Below, piece after piece: positions 24,730 to 37,309 of a stretch of DNA of 64,000 nt. The notes beneath the pieces are model-generated. The model was not told the DNA's origin and searched no databases. It saw nothing but the letters and a program-made list of their open reading frames with translations. Position numbers and translations under genes: made by a program. Source of the stretch: Botryllus schlosseri (Eukaryota); the NCBI GenBank assembly GCA_051294905.1, contig CM119371.1, positions 37,388,001 through 37,452,000 on the forward strand, in the 5' to 3' direction. How positions within the stretch are numbered: the stretch's first letter is position 1; the number at the start of each line of letters is the position of its first letter.

Positions 24730-26567
24730 CAGTGCTCTTCAACCGGGGTTGTCGTACACCCTAGGGTGTACCAGAATTTGCAAAGGGTGTACCACTGGGA
24801 TGGGGAGTACAGGGGTGTACCAGATCCGAATTACAATGAGCCAATGGCTAGCTATCACAAAGGCAGGTTTATGGGTCAGTACCGTTTGACGCACAGGTTA
24901 ATGAGCAATATAGTACGATGTTATCTCAAGTGTTATACTGTACACGGCTTGATTGTGATGTCATAGGCAAATATTTCTCCAATTCATTTAGCCGTCGGCA
25001 ATAGACCAATGGTTCCGTTCGGTGTTGGAAAGTATGCAGTTAACAAACATGTGTTCAGCTAGTCATTTGTCTTTTAGTGATTTTTGAGGAAACCGCCGTG
25101 ATAGCTCAGACTTCTTGAATCGTTACTTCCTACCCGACGTTACTAAATACCGCAATGCACATAAATGAAGTGACATAGCCAGCCAGGGTCGAAACAGCTT
25201 CCACGTTGAAATCGAACCCCCTTTGCTTTAAAATGCCGATTTTATGTCTAATATTTCGCCATACATTTGCAATTTAATATTTTGTTATTAGTGATGCAAA
25301 TTAGCGACAATAAACTGTGTATAGCGGCATACGATCTGAGGTTACTGACAACTCTTGCAGCCCATGTTTGTTGTTTGTTTGTTTTGGGGTATTCATGGTG
25401 ATTGCCGACTACTATGGTCATTTACACCAGGCCTTCTTATTTTCCGTAACTGCCGACTTATAGCACTGCCCACCTCTAGGCTTTTGTAAGACACCGCTGA
25501 CGCAGATGGAGTGGCGAGGAGGAGCCTAGGTAAACCTCCAACACTTAGGCAGGGCCGTAACAGCACTTTGTCAGCCCCCCCAAACGTTGGTCTTGGGCCC
25601 CCCATAGGGTGGTAAACGTACTTCTGGGGGGATTGGACCCCCAGACCCCCCTCTGACTATACGCTGTTTATATACTGTACAATGTACATTGACTATACCT
25701 TGTTTCTTCATTCAGTGTCCGTTTAGCGAATCTGTTTTCCTTGCCTAATCGCGCGAGGCACGAGAAATTTGCATAAGTCGTGACTGAATCGGTCAAGATG
25801 ACGCTGCATATACATTGGGTGTCCGTTTAAGGAGTCAGCTTTGCTTGCTTTCTATAACTCATGACTGAATCGGTCAATATGATCGGCATTTGCATATATA
25901 TTGCTATCAATTTTTATCGTCTCTCTGCTCCCGTAATCTGATTTACCGGTAGAGCTGAGTAAGGTGTGCTTGAAAAGGTATGACCCCTCAATAATGATTG
26001 AAAATCTCCGGGTGTCCTACCAGTTGGCAGGAACGAAACAGCATTTCGCCAGGCCCCCAAAAAACTTGAGTCTTGGGCTCCTAGAGGGTGATAAACCGAC
26101 CACCCCCAATCACGTTTGTTCGCTTTTGCCACGAAATTGCAGCTGTATTGTTCAGTTAACCAGCGCTAAGCGCGACAATTTTTGATAATTCATGATAAAA
26201 TCGGCCAATAAGATCGGGAATTGCATATATATTGCTATCAAGATCTTGTCCTCTCTACTCACGTAATCGGAGTTACCGGTTGAGCTGAGTGATGTGTCTT
26301 TGAAACTGTAGAGTCCGCAAATAATAATTAAACATCTTCTGACGGGCGGACTCGTTGGTATGACTTCGTTACATGTTATTTCGTGACCTCCTGTCTGCTA
26401 TATCAAAAAAATATAGAATCGCCCAAACGTACTAAACTAAAAGATCACACGATTGCAAATTGGTATTTCATCACTGGCATCTAGTTTTCCCTGCGGGATG
26501 GTATTTGTCTTGTGAGGTTCAGATTACCAAGACAGGAACATTTGGCGCCAGTCATTTAGGCGCCTAT
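24730..26567. mobile_element. Fragments of hAT-like MITEs and a short interspersed repeat within the right arm
   Basis: Starts CAGTGCTCTTCAACC; 25416-25546 matches the repeat at 56397-56446 plus 57337-57433; 25550-26567 matches parts of 9330-10510. Confidence 0.6.
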
Positions 26568-28858
26568 TGTTCCGACGCGGCACTGAAGTCAATGAGTGGC
26601 GCTTTATCAGGTGTCGGGGTCCTGTCTGCTGCACACTAAATCTGGCAATGGGTACTAAGCAAGCGTTGCGTATCTCAAATCTCTTCTGTTTCAAATACAA
26701 GCAGTCCAAAACATACAATACGGAAAAGCTTGTTCAGAAATAGATACGTTAAATGGCGAGATTCGCAAGATTGCTTGCTCGTCCGATAGCAGTCGAAATA
26801 GAGAATGAATCAACAGCAACAGTGAAATATAAAGGAAAACGAGAACGGACGTCGCAACAATTAAATTAACCAATCATCAAATCAAACAATAGTAATTAAG
26901 ATCTGTCATGGAGAATAACGGAATGCAAATAAAGTTCGGTAACTAAAAACATGACTCGTCAAAACACTCCCCCACTTGACCGACTGTAATCGGTCAAAAG
27001 ATTCTTTCATCATCTATCCAAATCCCAAAGACGAACTAATGGATGTAGAATTACCGCCGAACCCGCTAATGTCGAGACAATCGCTTTTAATCGGTGATAG
27101 CTTCAATGAATCAGCTAGATCACGAGGTACAAAGCTCTTCCGGGAAATAGGGTCAAAGGCGATTTTAACCGGTTTACCTTCGCCATTGTGGTTGATCCGT
27201 CCCAACGCAATAGGCAGTAAAGTGTCTAAATCTGAATCCCGCAATGCAGGGGTGGAAACGCCAATAGTTGATACCATACACTTGGAGTTGCTCGATGGTT
27301 CCGCTGAAATGTGCAACAATTTGTGATGGGGTTTCCCACAGCCAGCGACGGAACAACGTTCCTTACATTGATGAAAATGCTTCGGATGACCTTGATGTCC
27401 TTTCGGTGATAAGCATCTAAAACACACTTTCCCAGGCTTCATAAGCAAGTCAGTCCATCTGTGGGCTGGATTTAATTTCAGAAATTCAAAACAATCTTTC
27501 AGTAAATGTGGTTTTGAGCAATAGGTGCATGATAGTGGGACGGATTGAATCACGAGAGACTGAGCAGAAAATGATTTATCAGGTTTCTCGGTGCCAACAC
27601 TAACCAGTTCATCTTTATGTGAGGGCTTTTCACGTGCGTCAGCAGGACGACGCCCATTCTGGGACTTATTCAAAGATTCCATCGTCGTTAACTCGGTTGG
27701 TAGAAATTCAAACAAAAGATCAGAATCAGGAGCCTCGTCGACTTCGATCAGGGGACTAGTTTTCCTGATCCAACGCTCATGCAACGTACCCGGCAATTGG
27801 GACTCCAGTACCTGTGTAAAGAGTTGGTCCCAAGAGACGTCATACTGAGATAAAATAGCCTTTTTGGCAGTAGCGGAATCGAGAAGTTGTCTGACTTTGT
27901 CGATCTTAAATTCTACTTTCTGACATTGCAGTAAGTCTGCGATGTGACTTCTCACGATCGCTTGCTTCTTCCCGTACCTTTCAAAGACGGCTTTCACTGC
28001 AGGCTCATAATTAATTGCCGTTGAAGGGAAACCATTGAGAAGGCCGGATGATGATCCTTTAAGAGCCGCCTTTAAATACGTAATTTTGTAAAACCGACTG
28101 ACCTTTGGATTTTCGTGAACCAGCGGCTCGAATGACTCCCAAAATGAGGGAAATGTCAAAATGTCGCCGTTGAATGTAGGCGGCACTATTCCACTGGGGA
28201 GCGATCCGGCGGCTTTCTCGGCATCCTCGGCAGCTTTAAGTGATGCAGATTTCGATTTAGCAAGAGGGAGGTGTGCCAGATAAATTTCTTTCGAGCTTCT
28301 CATGACATCAACGATTTCGGTCTTTAAATCACCCTCGTTAAGCTGGTCGATTTTGGCATCAACGAAGGTCTTGAGATCGGTCATTGCTATATCTACTGAT
28401 CGTATGAAGACGTTGATCTCTTCGAAAGAGGTGGGGTTCCGATATTTATTTTCCAGCGCTTGCAAAGACTCGACAACTTCGGCATGCATACGTCTGAATT
28501 TTCTTATAATGACCTCAGGTAGACATGGATCGCCGTTACTTGCCGATGGGTGGCCCGAGTTGAGTTGGTCTTTTGATGACTTCTGTCGAATTTCTTCCAG
28601 TTGCAGTTGAAATCGTCTTTCGCTTTCCTCACGCTCCAGCACCTGTCTCTGCTTGAGCTCTTCAAGCTGCAACTGAAACTTGCGGTCGGCATCTTCACGA
28701 TCTAATTGCTGCTGCCGGCGATCAGCTTCACGATCTAATTGCTGCTGCTGGCGATCAGCTTCACGATCTAATTTCTGCTGCTGACGATCGAGATCTTGCT
28801 GATGCTTCAGCATCTGAAAAAGCATGACCAGTTCAGATGGATTTTCAGTGGTGCTCAA
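26568..28858 (-). mobile_element. BEL/Pao LTR retrotransposon remnant: gag, start of protease, internal deletion, PPT and 3' LTR; 5' end lost
   Basis: Probable LTR 26568-26966 (TG...CA) preceded on - by purine tract GGGGGAG; BEL-type gag upstream. Confidence 0.82.
27014..28858 (-). CDS. gag: BEL/Pao Gag (DUF1759-like domain, three zinc knuckles) and degenerate protease start
   Basis: PTFNGDILTFPSFWESF...KITYLKAALKG...RYG; CTYCSKPHLLKDC, CFRCL..H...C, CSVAGCGKPHHKLLH; TLLPIA...AFDPISRKSFV. Confidence 0.9.
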   Translation of the reverse strand: MSTTENPSELVMLFQMLKHQQDLDRQQQKLDREADRQQQQLDREADRRQQQLDREDADRKFQLQLEELKQRQVLEREESERRFQLQLEEIRQKSSKDQLNSGHPSASNGDPCLPEVIIRKFRRMHAEVVESLQALENKYRNPTSFEEINVFIRSVDIAMTDLKTFVDAKIDQLNEGDLKTEIVDVMRSSKEIYLAHLPLAKSKSASLKAAEDAEKAAGSLPSGIVPPTFNGDILTFPSFWESFEPLVHENPKVSRFYKITYLKAALKGSSSGLLNGFPSTAINYEPAVKAVFERYGKKQAIVRSHIADLLQCQKVEFKIDKVRQLLDSATAKKAILSQYDVSWDQLFTQVLESQLPGTLHERWIRKTSPLIEVDEAPDSDLLFEFLPTELTTMESLNKSQNGRRPADAREKPSHKDELVSVGTEKPDKSFSAQSLVIQSVPLSCTYCSKPHLLKDCFEFLKLNPAHRWTDLLMKPGKVCFRCLSPKGHQGHPKHFHQCKERCSVAGCGKPHHKLLHISAEPSSNSKCMVSTIGVSTPALRDSDLDTLLPIALGRINHNGEGKPVKIAFDPISRKSFVPRDLADSLKLSPIKSDCLDISGFGGNSTSISSSLGFG

Positions 28859-31664
28859 TGTTACACAAATAATTCTAGTACACCTAACTATAAGACACAT
28901 TTGGCAAACATCGTGCAAATTGTTTCGTTGTGATGGTAACGACTTTCAGCGGCTTGGTTTCATGTCGGGAATCAATATTTGAGGGTTCGAAAAACAATTT
29001 CAATCAATACTACAAATGAACAACAATGCAAAACACGTTTAGGGAATTACAGTGTGGCAAGTACTTCCTTGATGTTACGAGTGTTGTGCACTAGACATTT
29101 CTAGTTGAATTGAATTCATCTAGCAAACATATTCCAATTTACTTTTGTAATGATCAAAGTCTTAGAGTGAAACCTCGCGATATCTTACATTTAGCACGTT
29201 CTACAAAAAGTGCGAACGGAGTTGAGTATTAATCGTGTACTTGGGATACCGCTTTGATATCAAGGGTATATTTTCACACTGTGTAATGTTTCGATTCTCT
29301 GTTGCGAATGCCGACAGTAACGACATTGATGTTAAATCCTCACTTTTGGTCATTGTACGCGAATCCAAAACATCGCAACAGTCGGTATGGAAATCTAACG
29401 CATGCATACTTTTAGATAGGTGACACTAACAAGTCTATTACATCCGTGAAATACTTGAAACAGCGATTCGTGATTGTGTTAGGTAGATTCATCTTCTATA
29501 TCTGTGGACGCAAAGATTTCTTAACTTTGGTTACAGCTCATTCGTAACGAATTGTTGCCTGCAATCTAATAAAGCACAAGTCGAAGACGAATGATTTGAT
29601 TCCAATGAACTAAAAAGTCCTTTTGTTTCGGTGTTGGGTTTAATACAATTTGTATGACTATAACGAATCCGATTCCAAAAGTGCAATGTTACATTTAACA
29701 AGGAGTTTGATGACTTGCATTCTGATATTGATAGATGTGTAGAGTAATATGACTAGTTTATAAAACCTCGATAATGTGTTTTGTCATGTCTGTGCTCAAC
29801 AAATATGTGATCAAGTCTTACCAATCGATATTAACTTTCGCAGTCGGTGTAAGCGAAAATTTGTTGAAGTAACAATACCGACGAATTCAATAATATTCTC
29901 CGTCGATGCATTCGAATAATCCGTCAGCTGCAAGCGGATTTAAAACTTGATGCCGTTTTGTGGTTAACTCAAGTCAGGGGCCGCGTTTGCGTTGATTTCG
30001 GGAATGATCATGACGTGTTGGCTGGGTACATTAGTTAATGTGGTTGTAAGTATGACCGTAAAGAGTTGCTGACATTTCAATATCTTTTACGCTGTCATAT
30101 ATGGATTCAATTGTGATAATTTAATTCTCAGTTATTGTTCAGACATTCAAATCTCGTATACTCAAAATATAATAGGTTTATGTCAAGTCGCATATGCACC
30201 GAATAGTAAATACTCTGTCTTACAGAATAGTATAACGACCTTTACAGCAGGATAAAAATTATTGGTCATATGAATACAACCAGATGAATTAATTCAAGTT
30301 TGCGAGTTGTAGTGATATAATCAAGTATGTGAAAACTAGATTTGTAACACCGGTTAATGTTGTGAATAATTCTTTTGAGTATGGTAAGATGTTAAAATGT
30401 CTCTTTGGCAAACGGAAAGCCAGATCGCGAATAGAGTTGTAATGTTTCATTACTTGTTTCAAATCAATGTGCGTATAATTTCGAAATGTGACTGGGTGAA
30501 AGTTGGTAGTTATGTTTGTCAATCTATTTCAATTCAGTCTATGTCAAAGTCGAGATATTTCATTTTGGATTATCTGAATTTACCTTTAGTACATCCCGCG
30601 AATGGATGGACACCGCACTATAACTAGATCGCTATGACTGATGCATTATCCTGTCAGCGATGTAGGGTTTACAATTATTTCACACCTTTTTGAATAAGCG
30701 CCAACTTCGCAAAGGATTAGGGTTGGATCAGAAATAAGTGAGAATTTGTCGGTATTCGAATCACCGTCTGCGACGGTTCGGTTATTCGTTACATATTTAA
30801 TCTTACCGGCGAAATCCAGTTCTGCGACATACTGATTACCAAAAGAGTACCTCGTGAGGGATTGGAATGTATGTAACAGCAAGTCGCGAGCGAGGGTTAT
30901 GTCTTAGGTATTTTCTTGTGAGCGATCGCGGGATTCGTAACCTATTTCACACCTTTTTGAAGTGTTAGTTTGTGAGCGTGGGTATTGTTGATATTCGAAT
31001 CACCGTCTACGCCGGCTCTGTGGCAAACTAATTACCAAAACATTACCATGCGACTGATTCCTAGATTTAGCAAACTATTTCGCACCTTTTTCGCTGAAAG
31101 TACGACATGCCGCCCGCAGTCTATACCCGAAAGTACGAATCACCGCCGCGGCCATAAGAATAACGATATATTGAAGTCGCACTCACCGTAAACGTTGGGA
31201 TTACCTCAAATTGGTCATATATAATATTTTTGAATATACAGAATTTGTGAATACAACTAATATAATATATATAATATATATATAATATATAATATTTTTG
31301 AATATACTGAATTTTTGAATACACTGTTTACTACACTTGATATTCAACACCACTTCACCAGAGATCCCTATACCTATAACGCTAGTACACTATCACACAA
31401 GAACCCGCGGGCACATCATCGCCGTAGCCTATACCTGAAAGGGTGCCGTCACCCGAGATACCATAAGAAACAATGGCACATGACCAGAGATCCTGTAAGA
31501 ATACATGACAGGCACATCACCGACGCGGCCTATACCTGATAGTACAACTCACCAACACGAGTTTTCGCGGCACATCACCGACGCAGCCTATACCTGAAAG
31601 GGTACCATCACCAGAGTTCCCATAAGAACACATGGCACCTCACCAGCGGAAGGGGGGTCTAAAG

Positions 31665-32780
31665 CAGGGGCGGGCATACTTTTGAGCTCGCGGGCCGCAT
31701 TTAACATCTGAATCCATTCGCGGGCCGCACTATATAAAATTGGGATTATAAACGAAAACGTGATATCGATATTTGATTATATAGTGAGGACATGGAGATA
31801 ATATACGTAAGTGCTTATATAAAACAAGCCAAACATTGCTTTGATGATGTCGTACACGCGTCAGAAACATATAGTGGCGAGATTTCATGGGCTGGCGTAC
31901 CTCAATAACCAATTTGTCAAAACTATAGAGATGAAAGTCGGTTGGTCCGATTCTTAGAACAGAATTTAAATTTAAATCTGTGAGCCTGAGCAGGGATCTG
32001 TTCATAGATTTTCTAATTCCCCTTTTGGTTCAGTTCCAGGACACACAATGCTGACAGCATCATAACCATGTTAGCTTCAAACACGCCTCTACTATGTGTA
32101 GATAAAATATAAATACCCCAATTCTACGCATACAAACGATTCTACCTAAGACACGCCCGAATTGTTTTTTATAAAGACAACACTGAAATAATTAAAAATG
32201 GAGTGGCTAATCTGAAATCCCAATCGTGATCCAAATTATGTCAATCTCGTTGCAGCTATCCCGTGGTGATATTAAGTATTTACCTTAGATCAGTGATTCT
32301 CAAACTTCTTAAGACACGCCCCCCCCCCCCCCTTATGATGGTGACAGATTTCGCGGCCCCTTATCGTCATATCACAAAACGCAACCAGGATGCTAGCGAA
32401 TCTAACGGGTAGTTTGATGGCATGGAAGGTTACGGCTGTGGATGAGAGATTTCTTAAATATATAATTCGGACTAAATACAGAGCAATAACTTTGAAACGG
32501 ATGGAAAACTTTGTTCAGTTGCGCTCAGCTTCACGGCCCCCTTCAGATGTTTTCACGGCCCCACCGGGGGCGTGTCCACCAGTTTGAGAACCACTGTCTT
32601 GGAATTATCATGGTGAAATATACTAAGAAATAGTTAATCAAGTCCCTGCATTAATTCGATTTTTGGTACCGGTACGCATTTTATCAATATTTTTAAAACG
32701 TTCCTTTAGACTCTCGGGGTCCGCACAGAACGGTGTTGCGGGCCGCATGCGGCCCGCGGGCCGTAGTTTGCCCACCCATG
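31665..32780. mobile_element. hAT (Charlie-like) non-autonomous element with nested MITE at 32291-32596
   Basis: Ends CAGGGGCGGGCA/TGCCCACCCATG; perfect 8-bp TSD GTCTAAAG; empty site in the left arm near 16849-16856. Confidence 0.92.
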
Positions 32781-32876
32781 GTCTAAAGGGTGCCATCACC
32801 AACACGAGTTTCGCGGCACCTCACCAGCGGGCCCATAAGCCACAACAGCCGCTCGCGAGCGATCTACTATACTACT

Positions 32877-35022
32877 GGTGTTTATTTCGTACATTTCGAC
32901 TCTGGAAAATCCAAAGTACGAACCCGGACAATACAGACATGTCGAAACCTGTATCATCGTCCAATTTCCAAAACATAGATGTCGGTGTACACGAGCACAT
33001 TGTTATTTCATGTGGTTAACCAATGATTTTGTTGGGATGCACCATAGCAAGTGAATATGTGATTACACAAATGTATCGAAGTCGTTGTTGGGGTATATTT
33101 TGTCACTCTCCGTTGTACCAATATGACACAAATACCAAATTGATGGTTGTGGTGGTCAGATCTCAAAACGAAAATGACGTTGTTACTTAGGAAACGTTTG
33201 ATCACCAAGTGAAAATGGTGTTGTTACTCTAGGAAAAATATATTTCCCAACGAAACTGGTTAGTTACTCTAGAAAACGATGGATCTCCAAACGAAAATGA
33301 TATTGTTAATCAAGGAAAAAATATATGTCCAAACGAAAACGGTTTGTTACTCAGGCAAACGATAGATTTCCAAACGAAAATGGTATCTTTACGCCGGTAA
33401 ACGTCGGTTGTCCAAGCGAAAATGGTAATTTTACACAAGTGAACGTCAGTTGTACAAACGAAAACGGTATTTTCACTCGGGTAAGCGTCAGTTGTCTAAA
33501 CGAAAATGATATTTTTACTAGGGTAAGCGGCGTGAGTTCAGTGTTACCATTATCGTTGGTCTTGTTAAACGTTGTCGCCAGTACTCGTTGGTGTACTATT
33601 ATGTGTGTGAAAAGGATTTACCCGTCTTGTGCAGAGTATCAGAGCATCGCGACAGTGAAGATATTTTTCACGTGACGAAACAAGATCATCGGTCAAATGT
33701 GATCACATGTATTTCGATTACAGAGTTGCTGTATAAGAGAGAAAGTCTAAAGTTAGCTCGTGCTGTATGCTTCAATTAAATCCATGCACAAGAAAGACCA
33801 CATGTAAATCGACACGATAGATTTCTACCTCCTTGTATTCCGTCGTGTCGAGTCCATTTTAATACCGGTATCCAGGTATGACACCCACACTAACACCGTA
33901 AACAGATGTCGAAGATCTTTATATAGATTATTAAAAATATTTTATAACTACATGTTCAACTTAATCGGTATTTTGACGTTGTAGAAAGTAAATAATTTTA
34001 TGGAGTTGTGTGTTGGATGAAAGTGATTGGTTACAAGTATGTTTTAACGTTGCGGAGAAAGAAAATTTCTTTTCTGTATGTGACAGTTTCTGAGAAAATG
34101 AAAATCAATTCGTGGTTTTAATTGAATTGCGAATGTGCTGTTCTAATGTACGCTGCAATGCGGAAACTAGGCGCTGAGCAACAATTCGACAAAACATATC
34201 CGTTGCACCAATTGGCACTGCAAATGGTTAGGAATATTTTTGATACAGCTCCATATTACTAGTCGTTTTATTGTGTCGACAACCATGTGATGACTCAGCA
34301 CTTTTCGTTAGCAAAGTAGATTGTTTTGTGCGTAACATTTAAGAGTCGTGACTAGAGATCATGCGTACATAGATAGGTGACCATGGTTTTGTTTTTGAAA
34401 GATGTCGCGATGTCGATATAATATTTTCTAGATGTCAAACACAGACAGATATCATGAATGTGTAGGACTCACGATAAACATATGTTGTGCACATACAACT
34501 CTGTTACAGGAACTATGATATTCCTGTGTACTAGTTATGTGTTGGGTCATTTGAATATTTAGATACATGGCCATTAGTGTAAAAAAGTTCTTGCGATATC
34601 AAAACATTTTGTAGAGTCTGACCAATCATTCCACAGTTTCGTAGTATGAGAATATCGAGCGAATGTTTTCGCGTGCCATGAATATCTTTCAAATGCCTTT
34701 AGTATGAAACGAGTTGAGTGGGACAACAATAATAATAATTGGTATCCTACCAAAGTAAAACTTGTTGCGTTTAGTTGCATACTTTCTATCGTTGTTCATT
34801 GCGGTTTTGAAAGACGGATGAGTTTACATCCAAATGTACTAAGCGTAACTCGTTACTCGCTTGAAAATCGACAACGGGAAAAATACCGGTCACTAGAGTA
34901 ACAGTATCAATATGAGTGGTGTATTATTTTTCGTGATAAGTAACCAGTCTTCTAAGCATAACTTTTCAAAGATTCATCATGTCATAGAAAAGTCGTTTCT
35001 TACGAATTCGAAACAATGGTAC
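32877..35022. mobile_element. Right part of the older diverged Polinton-like copy
   Basis: Collinear, clearly diverged match to 22794-24729, continuing as the reverse complement of about 20710-20090; ends at a CAGTGGCGGCTCG hAT-like terminus. Confidence 0.82.
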
Positions 35023-35792
35023 CAGTGGCGGCTCGTCCTATAGGGCAACTGGGGCATTGCCCCACCTAAAATTCTGTTCAATAACAATTCTTTACCATTT
35101 ATAGATGCACAGCAATCGATATATACCGAAATCACAGCGAATACCGCATTCTTCTTGGTAATTCGCTTGTAAATGCCCATATATAGCGAAGTCTCAGAGA
35201 AAATCGACTTCTCTTCTTGTTAATTCGCTTGTAAATGCCCATATAGAGCGAAGTCTCTGAGAAAATCGACTTCTTTTCTGTGTTTTCGCTTTGCAAATGC
35301 CAAGCCGGGGCATGCCCCGGTAGCGCTCATAACAAGCTTTCACTGTCTATTCTCTCAAAGCCGCGCACAATAACGAAACGGTGATTTACTCTCTCCTATT
35401 CATAAAATTGCCTTGCAACCGGGGCAACATAGGTCTGTTGCCCTTAAGGTGTGATGTAACAATCGTATCTATCTCTGAACTCGGTTACCGTCATATGCGT
35501 TTAGTCGACCTTTGCTGGTATAGGTCGATTTTGATGGTGTTTCACACCATGATAATTCTTCAAACTTGGTATGTCATGTCGTGATGGTTGTAGTTAACAC
35601 TGCCCAAAGTTTCAGGGTTTCTACCTAGAGTTTAGGGTAGTAATTCCGATCCGAAGTTGAGTGTGTGCTGATCCGTCATGAATCGCAAACAGATTTTACT
35701 CAAAAGCCAGTATCGGTATCCATTGATTTTGACGATGTTCAATACCGAGATCGGTCATGACATTCGGATCGGTAAGTCTTAATGTTGGTATC

Positions 35793-37309
35793 ATCATCAT
35801 TGGTTTATTAGCAATTTTATCAGTTCAATACACCACAAAAATGCGATACAATGAAAAGACAGGAAGATGTCGAAGCGACAAGGAGTAGTCTATGGAATCT
35901 GACACCCACCTTGGCCTAGGCGATGTAAAGAGGAGGCATGCACACTGAATGAAAGTAAAGAAGATAGTATAGAAAAAGAATGCGACAAGAAATAGGGCGG
36001 CATGTCATGGGAAGCGAGATCGATAGGTCAGTCGTGGTCCGGTAATTTTGAGGATGGACTGTATTTATTTAGTAGTAATTGCTTGTATTTCGACTTGAAT
36101 GTGGACATGCTCGTCGACTGTCGGATGGCCGGCGGGATACTGTTCCACACATCAGGTCCGGCATATTTGATGGAGCGATGATCTTTTCGGTCGATCATAT
36201 GATATTTGGACGACGTGGACGCGCGTGTGTTGTACTTGTGCGCTTTTGATTCAGAGGTAAAGAAGTCATTGAAATATTCGGGGCAACGACCGCAGTGAAA
36301 CTGATACATAAACTTGGCGATTTCTAGTTTCCGCATATCTTCTATGTTTAGGACGCCGAATCTCTTCAGCAGCGACTTATTGGATGGGCAGCCAGGCCCC
36401 TTTGGGGCCCTAGCTATGATTCGGAGTACTTTATGCTGTAGTTTCTGCAGTGGCTTGAGTGCAGTTTTACTGGCAGCCCCCCAACAGAGGATGCCATAAT
36501 GTAACTTCGATTGGATTAAGGATTTAAAGAGTATCAGAAGAACCCATGCTGGCATGAAGCGCCCAAGGCTGTAGAACAGGCCGCACTTCGGTGATAATTT
36601 AGTTTCTAGGGACTGAATATGACTCTTCCAGGACATGTTCGAGTCCAGTAAAACTCCGAGATATTTGGCATTATCTGTGTTGGAAACGGGCTGACCAGCG
36701 ATATTAACGGTTAGGTTATTTTTTGAATTTACTGTCAGCAATTGCGATTTCGAGGCGTTTATGCAAAGGTTGTTCTGGGCCGTCCACTCATGGACTTTGG
36801 GCATTTGGTCACCAGTCAGGGCATCTAGCTCGGCCGTCGAAGATGCGGAAGAGAGGAGGTGAGTATCATCAGCGAACAGTGTGGTGTTCAATGAGGAGGT
36901 TTCAAAAATGTCGTTGACATATAAGGTGAAAAGGACCGGTCCAAGTACTGAGCCCTGGGGCACACCACAGGTCACCGGGTGAGGAGAGGACAAGGTGTCT
37001 GAGATCGCAACCATTTGTTGGCGTCCAGTGAGGTAACTTTTCATGAGCTCAAGTTGTGGGCCCCGAAGTCCGTAACGCGCCAATTTCGAGATGAGAATTT
37101 TATGATCTACGCAGTCAAACGCTTTTTTTAGGTCGAGAAAAATGCTACATCCCACATTTCGCTTCTCTGAGATATCATAGTACTGTTCGGCCACTGTTAG
37201 GAGGGCATGAGCGGTTTGGTGTTTGTTTCGGAAGCCAAATTGTTGAGGGGAAATGACAGACATTTTGGCGAGGAATGAGGACAGGCGGGAGAGGAGCAAC
37301 TTTTCGAAC
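35793..37309 (-). mobile_element. 5'-truncated CR1/L2-group LINE
   Basis: RT ORF, 3' UTR, AATAAA and (TGA)n tail; GTATC duplicated at 35788-35792 and 37310-37314. Confidence 0.9.
36028..37309 (-). CDS. Non-LTR reverse transcriptase (ORF2 C-terminal part, uninterrupted)
   Basis: QFGFR, FLDLKKAFDCVDH, GVPQGSVLGPVLF, LFADDT, KYLGVLLD, YGILCWG, HKYNTR. Confidence 0.93.

Larger units (their letters stand above)
16761..32876. mobile_element. Giant palindromic non-autonomous Polinton/Maverick-like element
   Basis: Termini AGTAGTATAGTAGATCGCTC.../...GAGCGATCTACTATACTACT; perfect 6-bp TSD GGTGTT (16755-16760, 32877-32882); arms 16761-22333 and 23107-32876 are reverse complements apart from later insertions and one deletion. 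Confidence 0.8.
23107..32876 (-). repeat. Right arm of giant inverted repeat (interrupted at 24730-28858 and 31665-32780)
   Basis: 23107-24729 mirrors 22333-20713; 28859-31664 mirrors 19588 to about 16849; 32781-32876 mirrors the left terminus. Confidence 0.93.

Noticed and set aside
28859..28918. N-terminus of the 634-aa ORF (MHDVCQMCLIVRC...)
   Set aside because: Read-through from palindrome arm sequence (mirror of ~19530-19588), not part of gag
16761..32876. Assembly artefact (chimeric inverted read)
   Set aside because: The arms differ by scattered substitutions and arm-specific insertions with their own TSDs, and the ends have a TSD; long-read confirmation is still desirable
32845..32880. 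Helitron end (GC hairpin plus CTRR, or A|TCTACT start)
   Set aside because: The same terminus occurs inverted at 16761 with a 6-bp TSD; Helitrons make neither TSDs nor such TIRs
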